Origin: Candidatus Methylomirabilales bacterium
GTDB lineage: Bacteria; Methylomirabilota; Methylomirabilia; Methylomirabilales; CSP1-5
Direction: 5' to 3'
Assembly (NCBI GenBank): GCA_046758505.1
Contig: JBHIAH010000002.1
Span: 32,001 to 96,000, forward strand
DNA: 64,000 bases
Positions 9,308 through 19,238 of this stretch are shown here, piece after piece. Numbering within the stretch: position 1 is the stretch's first letter; every line of letters starts with the position of its first letter. The notes under the pieces are model-generated. The model saw nothing but the letters and a program-made list of their open reading frames with translations. It was not told the origin of the DNA and made no database searches. Made by a program: the position numbers and the translations under genes.

Positions 9308-10179
9308 TGGGGGACAGCGACGCACCGGCCAGGGAGCGTAAAACAGGCGACCTCGGAGGAGGCGACCTCGAGACCGTTTCCTCCACCGACGATGCGGGGG
9401 CCGACCGCCGGATCGTCCAGGAGGGGCCCACCCGGGAACGCCTCGCCGAGCTGACCGGCCACGAGGCCCTCCTCACGATCGACGGCCTGGTCGCGGGGTA
9501 CGGCAAGATGGAAATCCTGCACGGGATCGACTTGCAGGTCAGTGCCGGCCAGTCGCTCTGCCTCATCGGGCCCAACGGGGCCGGCAAGTCGACGGTGCTC
9601 CACTCGATCTACGGCTTCACCAACATTATGGGCGGGACCATCACGGTCAAGGGAACGGACATCACCCGGCTCAGCCCGAACGAAAAGCTCAAGGCCGCCG
9701 GCATCGCGTACATCCTGCAGGACAACTCCGTGTTTCCCGATATGACGGTCGAAGAGAATCTGTGGATGGGCGGCTTTCTGATGGACACGCGCGGCCATGC
9801 CAAGCAGGCGGCGGAAAAGGTCTTCGAGAAATACCCCCGCCTGGCCGAGCGGCGCCGCCAGCGGGCGGGCGTGCTCTCCGGCGGCGAGCGGCGCCTGCTC
9901 GAAATCGCCCGCGCCCTGGTCATGGAGCCCCTGGTCCTGCTGGTTGATGAGCCGTCCATCGGCCTCGAGCCCCGCTACATGGGTATGGTCTTCGAGGCCC
10001 TCCACGACTTGCAACACGGCCAGGGAAAGACCATCCTGATGGTCGAGCAGAACGCCAAGAAGGGCCTGGAGTTTGCCGACATCGGCTACGTCCTGGTCTC
10101 GGGCGAGATCGCCATGGCCGGCCCGGGCGACGATCTGCTGAAGGACCCCGAGGTCGGCCGCCTCTTCCTCGGCGGCTAG
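9307..10179 (+). CDS. livF: Liv-type ABC ATP-binding protein (LivF-like) with N-terminal extension
   Basis: GPNGAGKS, LSGGERR and LLVDEPS motifs; TGATG overlap with livG. Confidence 0.88.
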   Translation: MGDSDAPARERKTGDLGGGDLETVSSTDDAGADRRIVQEGPTRERLAELTGHEALLTIDGLVAGYGKMEILHGIDLQVSAGQSLCLIGPNGAGKSTVLHSIYGFTNIMGGTITVKGTDITRLSPNEKLKAAGIAYILQDNSVFPDMTVEENLWMGGFLMDTRGHAKQAAEKVFEKYPRLAERRRQRAGVLSGGERRLLEIARALVMEPLVLLVDEPSIGLEPRYMGMVFEALHDLQHGQGKTILMVEQNAKKGLEFADIGYVLVSGEIAMAGPGDDLLKDPEVGRLFLGG

Positions 10180-10200
10180 GGACGAGCGTGCCAAGTCACT

Positions 10201-10243
10201 AGTGGTGAGCCTGTCGAACCACTGGTACTGAGCTTGTCGAAGG
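10201..10243. repeat. Two REP-like units (TGAGC[C/T]TGTCGAA)
   Basis: AGTGGTGAGCCTGTCGAACCACT hairpin (10201-10223) and CTGAGCTTGTCGAAGG (10228-10243) lie between convergent genes. Confidence 0.6.
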
Positions 10244-10244
10244 A

Positions 10245-10757
10245 CTACCCACCCCGAATCTTCTGCGTCAACGCAGGCTCGATCCCCATGAGCCGCTCGT
10301 ACACCGTGAGTTGCCCTCGGTGGTACTCCTCGTGGGCGATTCCATGGTTGAGCCAGGCGAGACGAGTCCCCAACTCCCCGTCAAAGCGCCTAATCCTTTG
10401 GAGCATGTGCAGCTCGCCGACCTCGCGGAATTTCTTCTCTGCCTGCGTGAATTGCGATTTGAGCAATCGTAAGACGTCGGCCTTGCTCTTGGCCCGATAC
10501 GCCGCCGAGGCATACGTGCGGAGGAGTTTCGGCCAGGGCAGCCTGTGGAAGTTCGTGTCGGCACGGGTCAGCTCGCCGGTCATCATCATTGCCACCTCAA
10601 GAATATGAACGACGACTTCTTTCACGCTGCGGACCTCTGCAGTAGGTCGAAACGCGAAATGCCCGGCGGGAATATTCCGGACTTCATCTATCAGCCCCCC
10701 GCGGGTATCGGTCCAGGCCTCAAGGACCTCTTCCAAGAGATTCTTGCGCATCAGCAT
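10245..10757 (-). CDS. DinB/YfiT-family protein
   Basis: FRPTAEVRSVKEVVVH and HEEYHRGQLTVY (His triad). Confidence 0.85.
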   Translation of the reverse strand: MLMRKNLLEEVLEAWTDTRGGLIDEVRNIPAGHFAFRPTAEVRSVKEVVVHILEVAMMMTGELTRADTNFHRLPWPKLLRTYASAAYRAKSKADVLRLLKSQFTQAEKKFREVGELHMLQRIRRFDGELGTRLAWLNHGIAHEEYHRGQLTVYERLMGIEPALTQKIRGG

Positions 10758-11090
10758 CCTTTGTCTCCACGGTGAAGGTTCTCAACTCCGTGTGAATTGT
10801 TTCCCAATTACCCTTCCGATAGTTTCCGCGCGGGAAAATAGGAATCGTGGACGCGGGTACGGACACCGGCCCTCAATGGGAGATGGTAGCGAAATGGATG
10901 GGTTGAGCCAAGAGAAAGCTGAGAACGCGGGATGCACGCGCGTCCCCTTCTGGAGCGTCGGTCCCAGGAATCCCCCATATCGCCTTCGGCGCGGGGGAGC
11001 AGACCGGGCAGAAGGTACCTTCGCCGACGCGGCGCCGGCCCCTCACAAGAGGGGGACTCACGGCTCGTCCGGTCGCGGTTTCCACGACGG

Positions 11091-11846
11091 TCAGAAGGGC
11101 TGAACCACCAGGGCGGCCGTGAGCTCCTCGACATCCACCGGCTTTGTGATGTACGCAGACGCCCCCGCCTCACGGCACTGAGTCGCCTCCTCTTCCCGAC
11201 GCACGGCAGTCACCATCGCGACCGGAAGATCGGGGGCGATTCCCTTGATCCGCCTGAGGGTTTCTATCCCGTCCATGCCCGGCATCATCATGTCGAGGAG
11301 GATCAGGTCCGGCCTGAACGTTTTTATGAGCTCGAGGGCCGCCTCCTCGCCGGTGGCCACCACGGTTCGGAACGCCGGCGTCTCTTCGATATTCCGCCTC
11401 AGCAGCCTGCTGACATCTCCCTCGTCGCAGATCAACAGGATCTTCTTTGGGAGATGCTGCTCGATCGCTTCCATGACTTCTTCCGGACTCGCCGGTTTTT
11501 CGATAAACGGACGCCCGCCGATCGTCCCTCGTTTCTTGGATTCTTCTGTCACCACAGCGGTGAAGAACACGATCGGCGTCTCTTTCAGTTCCTCGTCGGC
11601 TTCGAGCTGCGTCGCGACCTTGCCCCCCAGCACGTTAGGCATCATGAGGTCGAGCAAGATCAGATCCGGCCAAAACGCCCTGGCGGCCGCAAGCGCGTCT
11701 TCTCCGCGGTTCTCCTCTTTTACCTCATAGGCCCCGGTTTCCTCGAGGTTCAACTTCAGGAGATGGGTGAGATCCGAATCATCGTCAATGAGCAGGATCC
11801 GCTTCTTCTGCCTCGCGACAACCTCTGTCCTCTCGGGAGATAACAT
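11091..11846 (-). CDS. Response regulator with two tandem receiver domains
   Basis: Two REC domains: LLIDD...LLDLMMP...EKP and LICDE...LLDMMMP...TKP; no output domain. Confidence 0.88.
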   Translation of the reverse strand: MLSPERTEVVARQKKRILLIDDDSDLTHLLKLNLEETGAYEVKEENRGEDALAAARAFWPDLILLDLMMPNVLGGKVATQLEADEELKETPIVFFTAVVTEESKKRGTIGGRPFIEKPASPEEVMEAIEQHLPKKILLICDEGDVSRLLRRNIEETPAFRTVVATGEEAALELIKTFRPDLILLDMMMPGMDGIETLRRIKGIAPDLPVAMVTAVRREEEATQCREAGASAYITKPVDVEELTAALVVQPF

Positions 11847-11861
11847 CGCACTGTCCTCCGT

Positions 11862-12239
11862 CTATTGTGGTAGGTGCTTCTTGATCGATGCGAGCACTTC
11901 TTCTGCACTCGCTGGTTTTGCAATGAACGGATGCGCGCCGATCCGGCCATTGCGTTTTTCCGCCTCTTCTCGTGCCACCACAGCGGTCAAGAATACTACC
12001 GGCGTGTCTTTCAGCTTGTCATCGGCCTTGAGCTGCGCCGCGACGGTGGCCCCATCTATATTGGGCATCATGACATCGAGGAGGATGAGATCGGGCCTAA
12101 ACGCCATGGCGGTGGTGAGAGCCTGTTCCGGGCGGTTCTCTTCTCGTACCTCATAGGCCCCAGTTTCCTCGAGGTTCAGCCTCAGCAAACTGGTAAAATC
12201 CGGTTCATCGTCAATGAGCAGGATCCGTTTCTTCTGCAT
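11862..12239 (-). CDS. Single-domain response regulator (CheY-like)
   Basis: LLIDDE, LLDVMMP, FLTA and AKP motifs. Confidence 0.9.
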   Translation of the reverse strand: MQKKRILLIDDEPDFTSLLRLNLEETGAYEVREENRPEQALTTAMAFRPDLILLDVMMPNIDGATVAAQLKADDKLKDTPVVFLTAVVAREEAEKRNGRIGAHPFIAKPASAEEVLASIKKHLPQ

Positions 12240-15200
12240 CGGCGTTGCCTCCTTCTGTTTTGAATGTGAGGGTCACGCGTGTCCCCCCCCCTGGCCGATT
12301 CCGGATGTCAATCGTCCCCCCGTGCAAATCGATAATTTTCCGCGTCACGCTCAACCCCAACCCGGTGCCTTCCCCGATCCGCTTGGTCGTAAAAAACGGG
12401 TCGAAGATGCGATCGAGCTTCTCGGCCGGGATACCGGTGCCGGTGTCCTCGACTTCGGCCACCACGACGGTTTCCCCGGTCCGGGACGGGTTGGTTTTCC
12501 GGCCACCGAAACCAGGGGCGCGTTCGGGGAGCTCCCTCGCATACGTTCTGACGGTCAGCGTCCCCCCGTGGGGCATAGCCTGGATGGCATTCATGAAGAG
12601 GTTCACGAAGACCTGCTCGACCTTTTGGCGGTCCAGCGTGGCAAGGGGGAGGTCCTCCCTCAGCTCCTTGACCGCGGTGACATGCGCCCGGATCAGCTCG
12701 TGCTTCACCAGCAGCAGCGACTCCTCCACCACGGCATTCATGGCCGAAGGCATGAGGTCCATCGCACTGGGCGCGGAAAAATCCAACAAGCCTCGGATCA
12801 CCCGGTCCGCTCGTCTGACGGCGTCGTTCATTTTTTCAAAAATCAGCGCAGCCCCTTTATCACCCGGTGACACGAGTTTCTTTGCGACGTACGCAAGCCC
12901 CTGCTGGATGATCGCCAAGGGGTTTTTGACCTCATGCGCGACTCCCGCCGCCAATCGGCCCACCGATTCCAATCGTGCGCTCTGTATCAGTTGGAGCTCG
13001 GTGGCTTTTAATTCTTCCTCGGCTCGCTTGCGCTCCGTGATGTCCCGCATGACGAGGATGGTCCCGGTCATGGATTCAGAGGGCCGAGGGTTGAGCGGGA
13101 ATACGGTGACGTCCACGAACCGGTTCGTGGCGGGGACGTGGGCTTCGAGTGAGACCGCCTCCTTTTTCCTCCAGGCTTCGCAATGGGGACACGGAGAGGA
13201 AATACCAAGCCGATCCCAGAGGTCGTGCCACGAGGTGCCCATGAGTGCTTCAGTCCGGGTTTCCCACCAGGAAGCCAAGGCATCGTTCGCGCGGAGCACG
13301 CTTCCCGGCTCGTCGAGCAGGACGATTCCATCGGCGATGGCATCGAAGGTGCTCTCCCACTCTTGTTTCCCCTTTGCGACCTGCCCGAAGAGCCGCGCAT
13401 TCTCCAGGGCAACGGCTACCTCATCGGCAAAGGCAGAGAGGACGTCCTGCTCTTCTTCATCAAACGCCTTGAGAGAGCGCCGAAAGACGTTCAGGCTTCC
13501 CAGACACTTCTCACCAACGAGGAGGGGAACCCCAATAAAGGCATGGAAGCCCTCAGCCCGATGCCACTCTCCGTTTTTGGCCCTCCGGTCTTTCTGGACA
13601 TCGGGAATCAGGAGGGGTCTTTTCTCGCGGACCACCCAGCCCGCGAAGCCTTCACCTGTCTGAATCCTGTCATGCCCCCTGAGATGAGAGTGGGGGGATT
13701 TATCCGCCTCCAGGCGCAGCGTCTCACCCTCCTTTTCCACCAGCCAGAAGTTGACCTCTGAGTCCTCAAAGAGTTGACCCGCCGCCTGAACCACCGCATG
13801 GATCACCTCCCTGGTGTCCAGGGCAGAAGCCACGACATGGCTGAGCCGGTTGAGGACTCGGAGCCTTTCGGCCTTCCGCTGGATGTCCTCAAAGAGGCGG
13901 GCATTGTCGATCGCGATGGCCGCCTGGGCGGCGAAAAGCCGGAGCAGTTTTAGTGTGGCTGGCTCCAGGGGCCGACGGCTCAGTTTCCGATCGGCCCCCA
14001 AGATCCCGATCGCCCGGCCGTGGACGACCAGGGGGGCGTTGGCGAACACCCGGGCGCGGAAGACCTCGATACCACTATACGGGGGCTTGAGCCTCAACCC
14101 TTCCGGCACGGGACCTCGGCCATCCCAGACGACCACCTCCTGGCTGAGGTAGGCCTGCGCCAGCCCCCCGCCCTCCGGTCCGATCGGCACGCGGATTGCC
14201 CCGAGCGGCTCGGTGATCCCGGTGCTCGCCACCACCTGCAGCCACTGCCCCTCCGGGTCGGCCAGGAGGATGTTGACGCGGTCCAGGTCCAACACCGTGC
14301 GCGCCGCGTCGAGGAGGAGGTCGAGCCGCTTGCCAAGATCCATCGGTACCTGAATCTGCAGGCTCGCCCGGTACAGTGCCTCACGGGTCTCCTCCATTTG
14401 CCTCCGTTCAGTGATATCGCGGGACACGCCCATGCCGCCGACAACCTTGCCGTTCGCGTCCCGGATCACCGACGCAGAAAGGTATGCGTAGAACTCCTCC
14501 CCATTTTTTCGCCTGTTCGTGACCTCTCCTGCAAACCGGCCATGTTTCATGAGTGCGGCGTTCACGCGTTTGCCCCGCGACGGGTCGGCATACAGGAGAT
14601 CGGCCGACTTGCCCAGCAGTTCCTCTTTGCTGTACCCGAAGGCCTCCTGAGCGGCACGGTTGAACTCCACGATATTCCGATCGACGTCCACAGAGATGGT
14701 CATGTCTAGGGAGCTGTCGATCAGGTTCTCTGCATAATCCTTGGCCACCTGTACATCCTGTTCCGCCCGCTTGCGTTCGGTGATTGTCTGCTCAAGCTGC
14801 TGTTTTTGCCCCGCCACCTCCCGGTAGAGACGGGCCTTCTCCAGGCTGATTGCGGCCTGGTCGGCAAAGAGCGCCATCAGCTCGCGCTCCTCCGGGGTGA
14901 AGACCCGCTGACACCGGGTAAGGAGGGAAAGGACGCCGAACACGTTGTACTCGGTTGCCAGGGGGAGACCCGCAAAGCTGCACAGCCCGGTGCGCTCGAG
15001 GAGGGCAGTATTCATCCAGCGGGGCTCGGCCCGGAGGTCGGAGACGAAGGCCGGCGCACCGGTCTCCCAAATAGCTCCGATAACCCCCTGCCCCTTGCCG
15101 ATCTGGCGGTACCCTATGGCCTCCAGGTCTTCCCGCCCATGGCTCGCCCGGAGATAGAGCGCCTGTGTCGCTTCATCCCCCACCCACAGCCGGACCAGGT

Positions 15201-16260
15201 CGGTGTCGAGAAGCTCAGCCGCCGCCCTCACAATCGACTCGGCGACCTCCCCCTGGTCAAGGGAGGAGGTCATCACACGGGTCACATCCGTGAGAATCCG
15301 GAGGCTATGCGCCCGCGTCTCCGCCTCGTGCATATGACGCGCATTCTCGATGGCGATGGCCGCCTGGGCGGCGAAGGAGTTGAGGAGGGTGAGCGCCTCC
15401 GGCCGGAACGAACCGGCCCCCCGACTGGCGGCGGCCAGGGCTCCGACCGCCCGCTCCCCCACGAGCAGCGGGACAGCGGCAACGGCCTGAATGCCGTTCT
15501 CCCGCGCCCAATTCCTTCCTTCGTACCGCGGGTCCGTCGCCGGCGAGTCCGTCACTAATGTCTCTTTCTGCTGGAAAGCCCGACCGACCAGGGACTCCCC
15601 GCTGCGAAAAGCCCGTACGGGGTAGGGCGTAAGGCCCGGGTCACCAGCCTTCGTGGAGATGCGGAGCACCTCTCCGGCGTCGTCCCAGAGCCACAACCGG
15701 GAACGGGTAACGTTCAAGAGGCGGACCGCCGCCTCGACAACGAAGTCCAAGACCTGCTGCAGATCAAGGGAGGCGCTGACGGTGCGGCCCAAGATGGCGA
15801 GGGCCTCTAGTTGCTCGGTCTTCGTGGTGAGGTCGTGCGCCTGTGTTCTCAAGGACTCCTCGGCCCGCCGGCGCTCGGCCATCTCATGCTGGGTTATCTG
15901 GTTCAAGGTGAGTAACTCGCTATGACTCTGGCTTAGTTCCCTTGCCAGGCTCTCTCCCCACTTGCTGCTGACCCACGCGAAAAGAGGAGCCAGCACCGAG
16001 ACCAGGGCGACTTCCACCACCGCATTAAAGGTCACGCCTTCCCCTTCCCAGAAAACCTCTGCCGCCTCCCAGAGGAAGAAGATAGCCCCCACGAACAGAA
16101 AGAGGAAACGGGCCGCGCGAAGCAGACGGACAATGTGCGTCAGTGACCGCTGTGGTTTTGGCTCACTCTGTGAGTTTGTTATCAGTTGGTTTTTTGCCTT
16201 GTCTTTCACGTGTTCATCCCGCTCGTAGCAACCCGGTACCCCCTTGGAGAAGCGGACCAT
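12211..16260 (-). CDS. Membrane sensor histidine kinase (2TM-GAF-GAF-PAS-GAF-GAF-PAS-HisKA-HATPase)
   Basis: Four GAF ends (AAIAIENAR, AAISLEKAR, AAIAIDNAR, VAVALENAR); two PAS ends (RDITER); H-box GVAHEVKNPL; N, G1, F and G2 boxes. Start codon is uncertain. Confidence 0.92.
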   Translation of the reverse strand: MVRFSKGVPGCYERDEHVKDKAKNQLITNSQSEPKPQRSLTHIVRLLRAARFLFLFVGAIFFLWEAAEVFWEGEGVTFNAVVEVALVSVLAPLFAWVSSKWGESLARELSQSHSELLTLNQITQHEMAERRRAEESLRTQAHDLTTKTEQLEALAILGRTVSASLDLQQVLDFVVEAAVRLLNVTRSRLWLWDDAGEVLRISTKAGDPGLTPYPVRAFRSGESLVGRAFQQKETLVTDSPATDPRYEGRNWARENGIQAVAAVPLLVGERAVGALAAASRGAGSFRPEALTLLNSFAAQAAIAIENARHMHEAETRAHSLRILTDVTRVMTSSLDQGEVAESIVRAAAELLDTDLVRLWVGDEATQALYLRASHGREDLEAIGYRQIGKGQGVIGAIWETGAPAFVSDLRAEPRWMNTALLERTGLCSFAGLPLATEYNVFGVLSLLTRCQRVFTPEERELMALFADQAAISLEKARLYREVAGQKQQLEQTITERKRAEQDVQVAKDYAENLIDSSLDMTISVDVDRNIVEFNRAAQEAFGYSKEELLGKSADLLYADPSRGKRVNAALMKHGRFAGEVTNRRKNGEEFYAYLSASVIRDANGKVVGGMGVSRDITERRQMEETREALYRASLQIQVPMDLGKRLDLLLDAARTVLDLDRVNILLADPEGQWLQVVASTGITEPLGAIRVPIGPEGGGLAQAYLSQEVVVWDGRGPVPEGLRLKPPYSGIEVFRARVFANAPLVVHGRAIGILGADRKLSRRPLEPATLKLLRLFAAQAAIAIDNARLFEDIQRKAERLRVLNRLSHVVASALDTREVIHAVVQAAGQLFEDSEVNFWLVEKEGETLRLEADKSPHSHLRGHDRIQTGEGFAGWVVREKRPLLIPDVQKDRRAKNGEWHRAEGFHAFIGVPLLVGEKCLGSLNVFRRSLKAFDEEEQDVLSAFADEVAVALENARLFGQVAKGKQEWESTFDAIADGIVLLDEPGSVLRANDALASWWETRTEALMGTSWHDLWDRLGISSPCPHCEAWRKKEAVSLEAHVPATNRFVDVTVFPLNPRPSESMTGTILVMRDITERKRAEEELKATELQLIQSARLESVGRLAAGVAHEVKNPLAIIQQGLAYVAKKLVSPGDKGAALIFEKMNDAVRRADRVIRGLLDFSAPSAMDLMPSAMNAVVEESLLLVKHELIRAHVTAVKELREDLPLATLDRQKVEQVFVNLFMNAIQAMPHGGTLTVRTYARELPERAPGFGGRKTNPSRTGETVVVAEVEDTGTGIPAEKLDRIFDPFFTTKRIGEGTGLGLSVTRKIIDLHGGTIDIRNRPGGGTRVTLTFKTEGGNADAEETDPAH

Positions 16261-16269
16261 ACCACTTGG

Positions 16270-16401
16270 CTACTCCTCAGGGGTGTCCCGCCATTCTTCG
16301 ACCTCGTACCCGGCGTGCGCCAGCAGCTCCCGGATCGTGCAGGCATCGCTGGGGTTGTCCGCAGCCACCAGGATCTCGATGGCGCTGCTGATCGCCGCCA
16401 C
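16270..16401 (-). pseudogene. Truncated receiver-domain remnant (43 aa)
   Basis: Manual translation VAAISSAIEILVAADNPSDACTIRELLAHAGYEVEEWRDTPEE* resembles REC beta1-alpha1-beta2 only. Confidence 0.5.
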
Positions 16402-16509
16402 GGCCCCCGCCAGGGTTTCTCCCCCTCCACGCTACTCTGTTCCACCGCCCCCTGCAGATTGGCGAGGGCCCGCTTTAGAATCGCTTCTCAGGCGGCCGCC
16501 CCCAAGGGC

Positions 16510-17271
16510 CTATTCGTCTTCTCCGGATGCACCCATTGCGGAGTCTGCCGCAAGTTTGCTCAGGAGGTGTCCATACTGTTCGAGATCGCTATCGTCTGCA
16601 AAGCGGAGGAGCCGGATGCCATGGGGGAACCTCTCCTCGCCAAGCGACTGAAGGTACTGCCAGATCACGGTGCCGTCGGCGGTCACCGGCCCATCGGCGA
16701 TGTCCAGCTGAAGGCGTACGACGGTGCCGGGCTCGAGTTTTTCCGGCAGGAAGAGCAGCAGGCCGCCGAGACTCACGTTCTCGGTTTCGCCCACGATCTC
16801 CCGGCTCCTCTTTGCCTCCGCGCGCACGAGGCACCGGACGGGAAGCGCCACCGGGAACCGGGAATCGTAGCGGCTCCGGTGCACCGCGGGGTCGGGCGAG
16901 GCCGCCACCGCAGCCAACTCGACCACCCGGACCAGGCCCTCTGCCCCGAAGGGCTTCGGCAGAAAGAAGTGGGCCCCGGCGCGAAAGGCCTTCTCGGTGT
17001 ATGCCAAGTCCGGCGAGCCCGTAATCCCCACCACGGGAATATCCTTGAGGCCGGGATCCCGCTTCAGGCGCCTGCACGTCTCGATCCCGTCGACATCCGG
17101 CATCATCATGTCCAGGAGAATGACGGCAGGCTGCACCGCCCCGGCCCTCTCAATCCCGGTGGGGCCATCGAGGGCGGAAAGGACTTCGAACCCCGCGCTC
17201 GTGAGCACCGAGGTGACCATCTCGCACACCCTGCGATCGTCATCAATAACGAGGATTGGGCGCTTCCCCAT
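16510..17271 (-). CDS. Response regulator with C-terminal PilZ domain
   Basis: REC domain (LVIDDD, LLDMMMP, ITG, PKP) followed by PilZ motifs RYDSR (RxxxR) and NVSLGG; ATG at 17271 follows GGAGG. Confidence 0.85.
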   Translation of the reverse strand: MGKRPILVIDDDRRVCEMVTSVLTSAGFEVLSALDGPTGIERAGAVQPAVILLDMMMPDVDGIETCRRLKRDPGLKDIPVVGITGSPDLAYTEKAFRAGAHFFLPKPFGAEGLVRVVELAAVAASPDPAVHRSRYDSRFPVALPVRCLVRAEAKRSREIVGETENVSLGGLLLFLPEKLEPGTVVRLQLDIADGPVTADGTVIWQYLQSLGEERFPHGIRLLRFADDSDLEQYGHLLSKLAADSAMGASGEDE

Positions 17272-17434
17272 ATTTTCCAACCTCCTCCCGACCTTCACAT
17301 CCCCGACCTTTTTCGAGGAGCCAGGCCATGCGATTCGTGAGCGGACGACCGCCCACGGCCTCGAAGGTTTCGCCACGGCGTAGGCCCGCCTTCGGCTCCC
17401 CACCCGAGGGCAACCCCCACACACTACGCCCTCT

Positions 17435-17450
17435 AGCAAAAGATGGGCCA
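17435..17450 (-). promoter_or_regulatory. Putative sigma54 (-24/-12) promoter
   Basis: TGGCCC-ATCTT-TTGCT versus consensus TGGCAC-N5-TTGCW. Confidence 0.6.
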
Positions 17451-17865
17451 CAAAACCCTCCCGCGGGCGGAGTCCGCCGTGCCAAACAACCATCCGGAGG
17501 TCCCGCAACTTCGAGGTGATTCCCCCTGCGCCGCAGCCTCTACGGTGGGTGCCAACAACCCATTGTTTTTAAACGCTCGTAGTGGCTTGATGGTTCCCTG
17601 GAAAGACCGTGTGTGACGTCAGCTCAGCAAGAGGGAGGCAGCAGTCGGCAGACATGGACCCTTACAATCTTGGCCAGATGGGATACACCTGAAGGGCACA
17701 GTCCGGGGACGCCAGTCCGAGAGGGTATGGCAAGTTGCCTTGCCGCGGCCTCGGTCTCGTCGGAGCCCTCGAGGTCTAGGATAATCTTCTGCACATAGCC
17801 CCTGACCGTCGCCACGCGGGAGCCGATTCGTCCGGCGATTTGGCGGGTAGTCTCGTCGCCCGGGA

Positions 17866-18660
17866 TCAGGCGAACGACCCCTCCCCCTTCCTCCCGATCG
17901 CGATGAACCAGGTCTGCAGGAACATGAGTTCTTTATCACGGAGGAACGGGCGCGTCCCGGAGGCTTGCAACCCTTGCAGCTCTTGCGTCAGTTCCTCGAC
18001 GACTCTGTGCCGCACCTCGGGCTCGGGCTCTGTCAATGTCAGCCAGCGGTCGACATTGACCTCGACCTCTCGCGCGACCGTGCGGACGATGTCGAGTCCC
18101 ACCTGCATCAGGAGCCGGTGCACCCCGCTCGCCGGGAGGGCCCGCGCATGCGAAGGGTCCCGCATCCGTTCCAATCGGTTGTACGCTTCGGCGAGGGTGC
18201 CGTCCTCGGGGGCAACCAGGTCGATAACGACAACCTGTCCACGGGGGCGGCACACGCGCACCATTTCCTGCACCGGAGGGAGTGGATCCTCGAAGTGGTG
18301 AATCGCAAAGCGGCTGACGACCAGATCAAATGCACCCGTCGGATATGGGAGGGCCTCGGCACGTCCTTGTGCGAAGACCATGTTTGTGATCCCGTCTTGT
18401 TCGGTCTGACGGCTCCCCTCGAGGAGCATTTCCGGTGTGGCGTCCAATGCGACGACCTGTTTTACGTAGGGGGCAATGGCACGACCGAGGTGACCCGTCC
18501 CGGCCGCTACGTCCAGGACGGCGAAGTGAGGTTCCAGATCCAGATTGCTCACCATCCATTGCAGGTGTTCAGGACTGGTCAGGGTATACCCCGGCTCCCC
18601 AAAGCGAGGGGCCTGCCTGCCAAATTCTCTTCGCACGATCTCGTGATGGTTCTCTTTCAT
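17866..18660 (-). CDS. Class I SAM-dependent methyltransferase
   Basis: VLDVAAGTG and AEALPY...FDLVVSRFAIHH motifs. Confidence 0.88.
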   Translation of the reverse strand: MKENHHEIVRREFGRQAPRFGEPGYTLTSPEHLQWMVSNLDLEPHFAVLDVAAGTGHLGRAIAPYVKQVVALDATPEMLLEGSRQTEQDGITNMVFAQGRAEALPYPTGAFDLVVSRFAIHHFEDPLPPVQEMVRVCRPRGQVVVIDLVAPEDGTLAEAYNRLERMRDPSHARALPASGVHRLLMQVGLDIVRTVAREVEVNVDRWLTLTEPEPEVRHRVVEELTQELQGLQASGTRPFLRDKELMFLQTWFIAIGRKGEGSFA

Positions 18661-18740
18661 CTTCCAGGATCCCCCGCCTCACGATCTGCTTGGTTCGTCA
18701 CCCCGGCCAACGGGCTTTTCCCGCCTCACGCCTCACGTTC

Positions 18741-19211
18741 TTACGACCCTCGGATACGGGTCAGGGCAACGTAGAGGTGATGCGCTTCATGTAGCAGAAA
18801 GAACTCGATCCACATGGGGATCGTCATCTCGCCGAAGCGAGGGTGCACACCGGTCCGGTTGAGCTGGCCAGGAGAAAGATTGTTGACGAGCGCGATGAGG
18901 TCCCGCCTGAGCGCCTGAAGGCGCCGCACCACTTCATCGGTGGGCAATGCCGCCCACGTCGGCCACGCCGGATCCTCCTCGGCCCGGTACCGCGGGAGAT
19001 GCGGCGTGTCCTCGGCAAGCATGCGCTGGACCCGTTCGAGAAAGACCTGGTGATGACGGGCGAGGTGGGCGAGGTTCTCATGCGCCGACCACTTGCCCGA
19101 GGCCGGCCGCCCTGTCAGCGCCTCAGGAGTCGTTGTGTCGAGGAGAAGGGGGAGGGCCCCCTCCAGTTGCGTCTCGAGTCGAGCGGCGGCGGAAGGGCTG
19201 AGTCCCCTCAT
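18741..19211 (-). CDS. DinB-family protein
   Basis: KWSAHENLAHL...HEAHH; ATG at 19211 follows GGAGG. Confidence 0.85.
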   Translation of the reverse strand: MRGLSPSAAARLETQLEGALPLLLDTTTPEALTGRPASGKWSAHENLAHLARHHQVFLERVQRMLAEDTPHLPRYRAEEDPAWPTWAALPTDEVVRRLQALRRDLIALVNNLSPGQLNRTGVHPRFGEMTIPMWIEFFLLHEAHHLYVALTRIRGS

Positions 19212-19238
19212 ACCGGCGTCCTCCACTTACTTCCTGCA

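Noticed and set aside
17624..17815. 63-aa ORF between the methyltransferase and REC-PilZ
   Set aside because: No clear RBS or motif; cannot be supported from the sequence alone.
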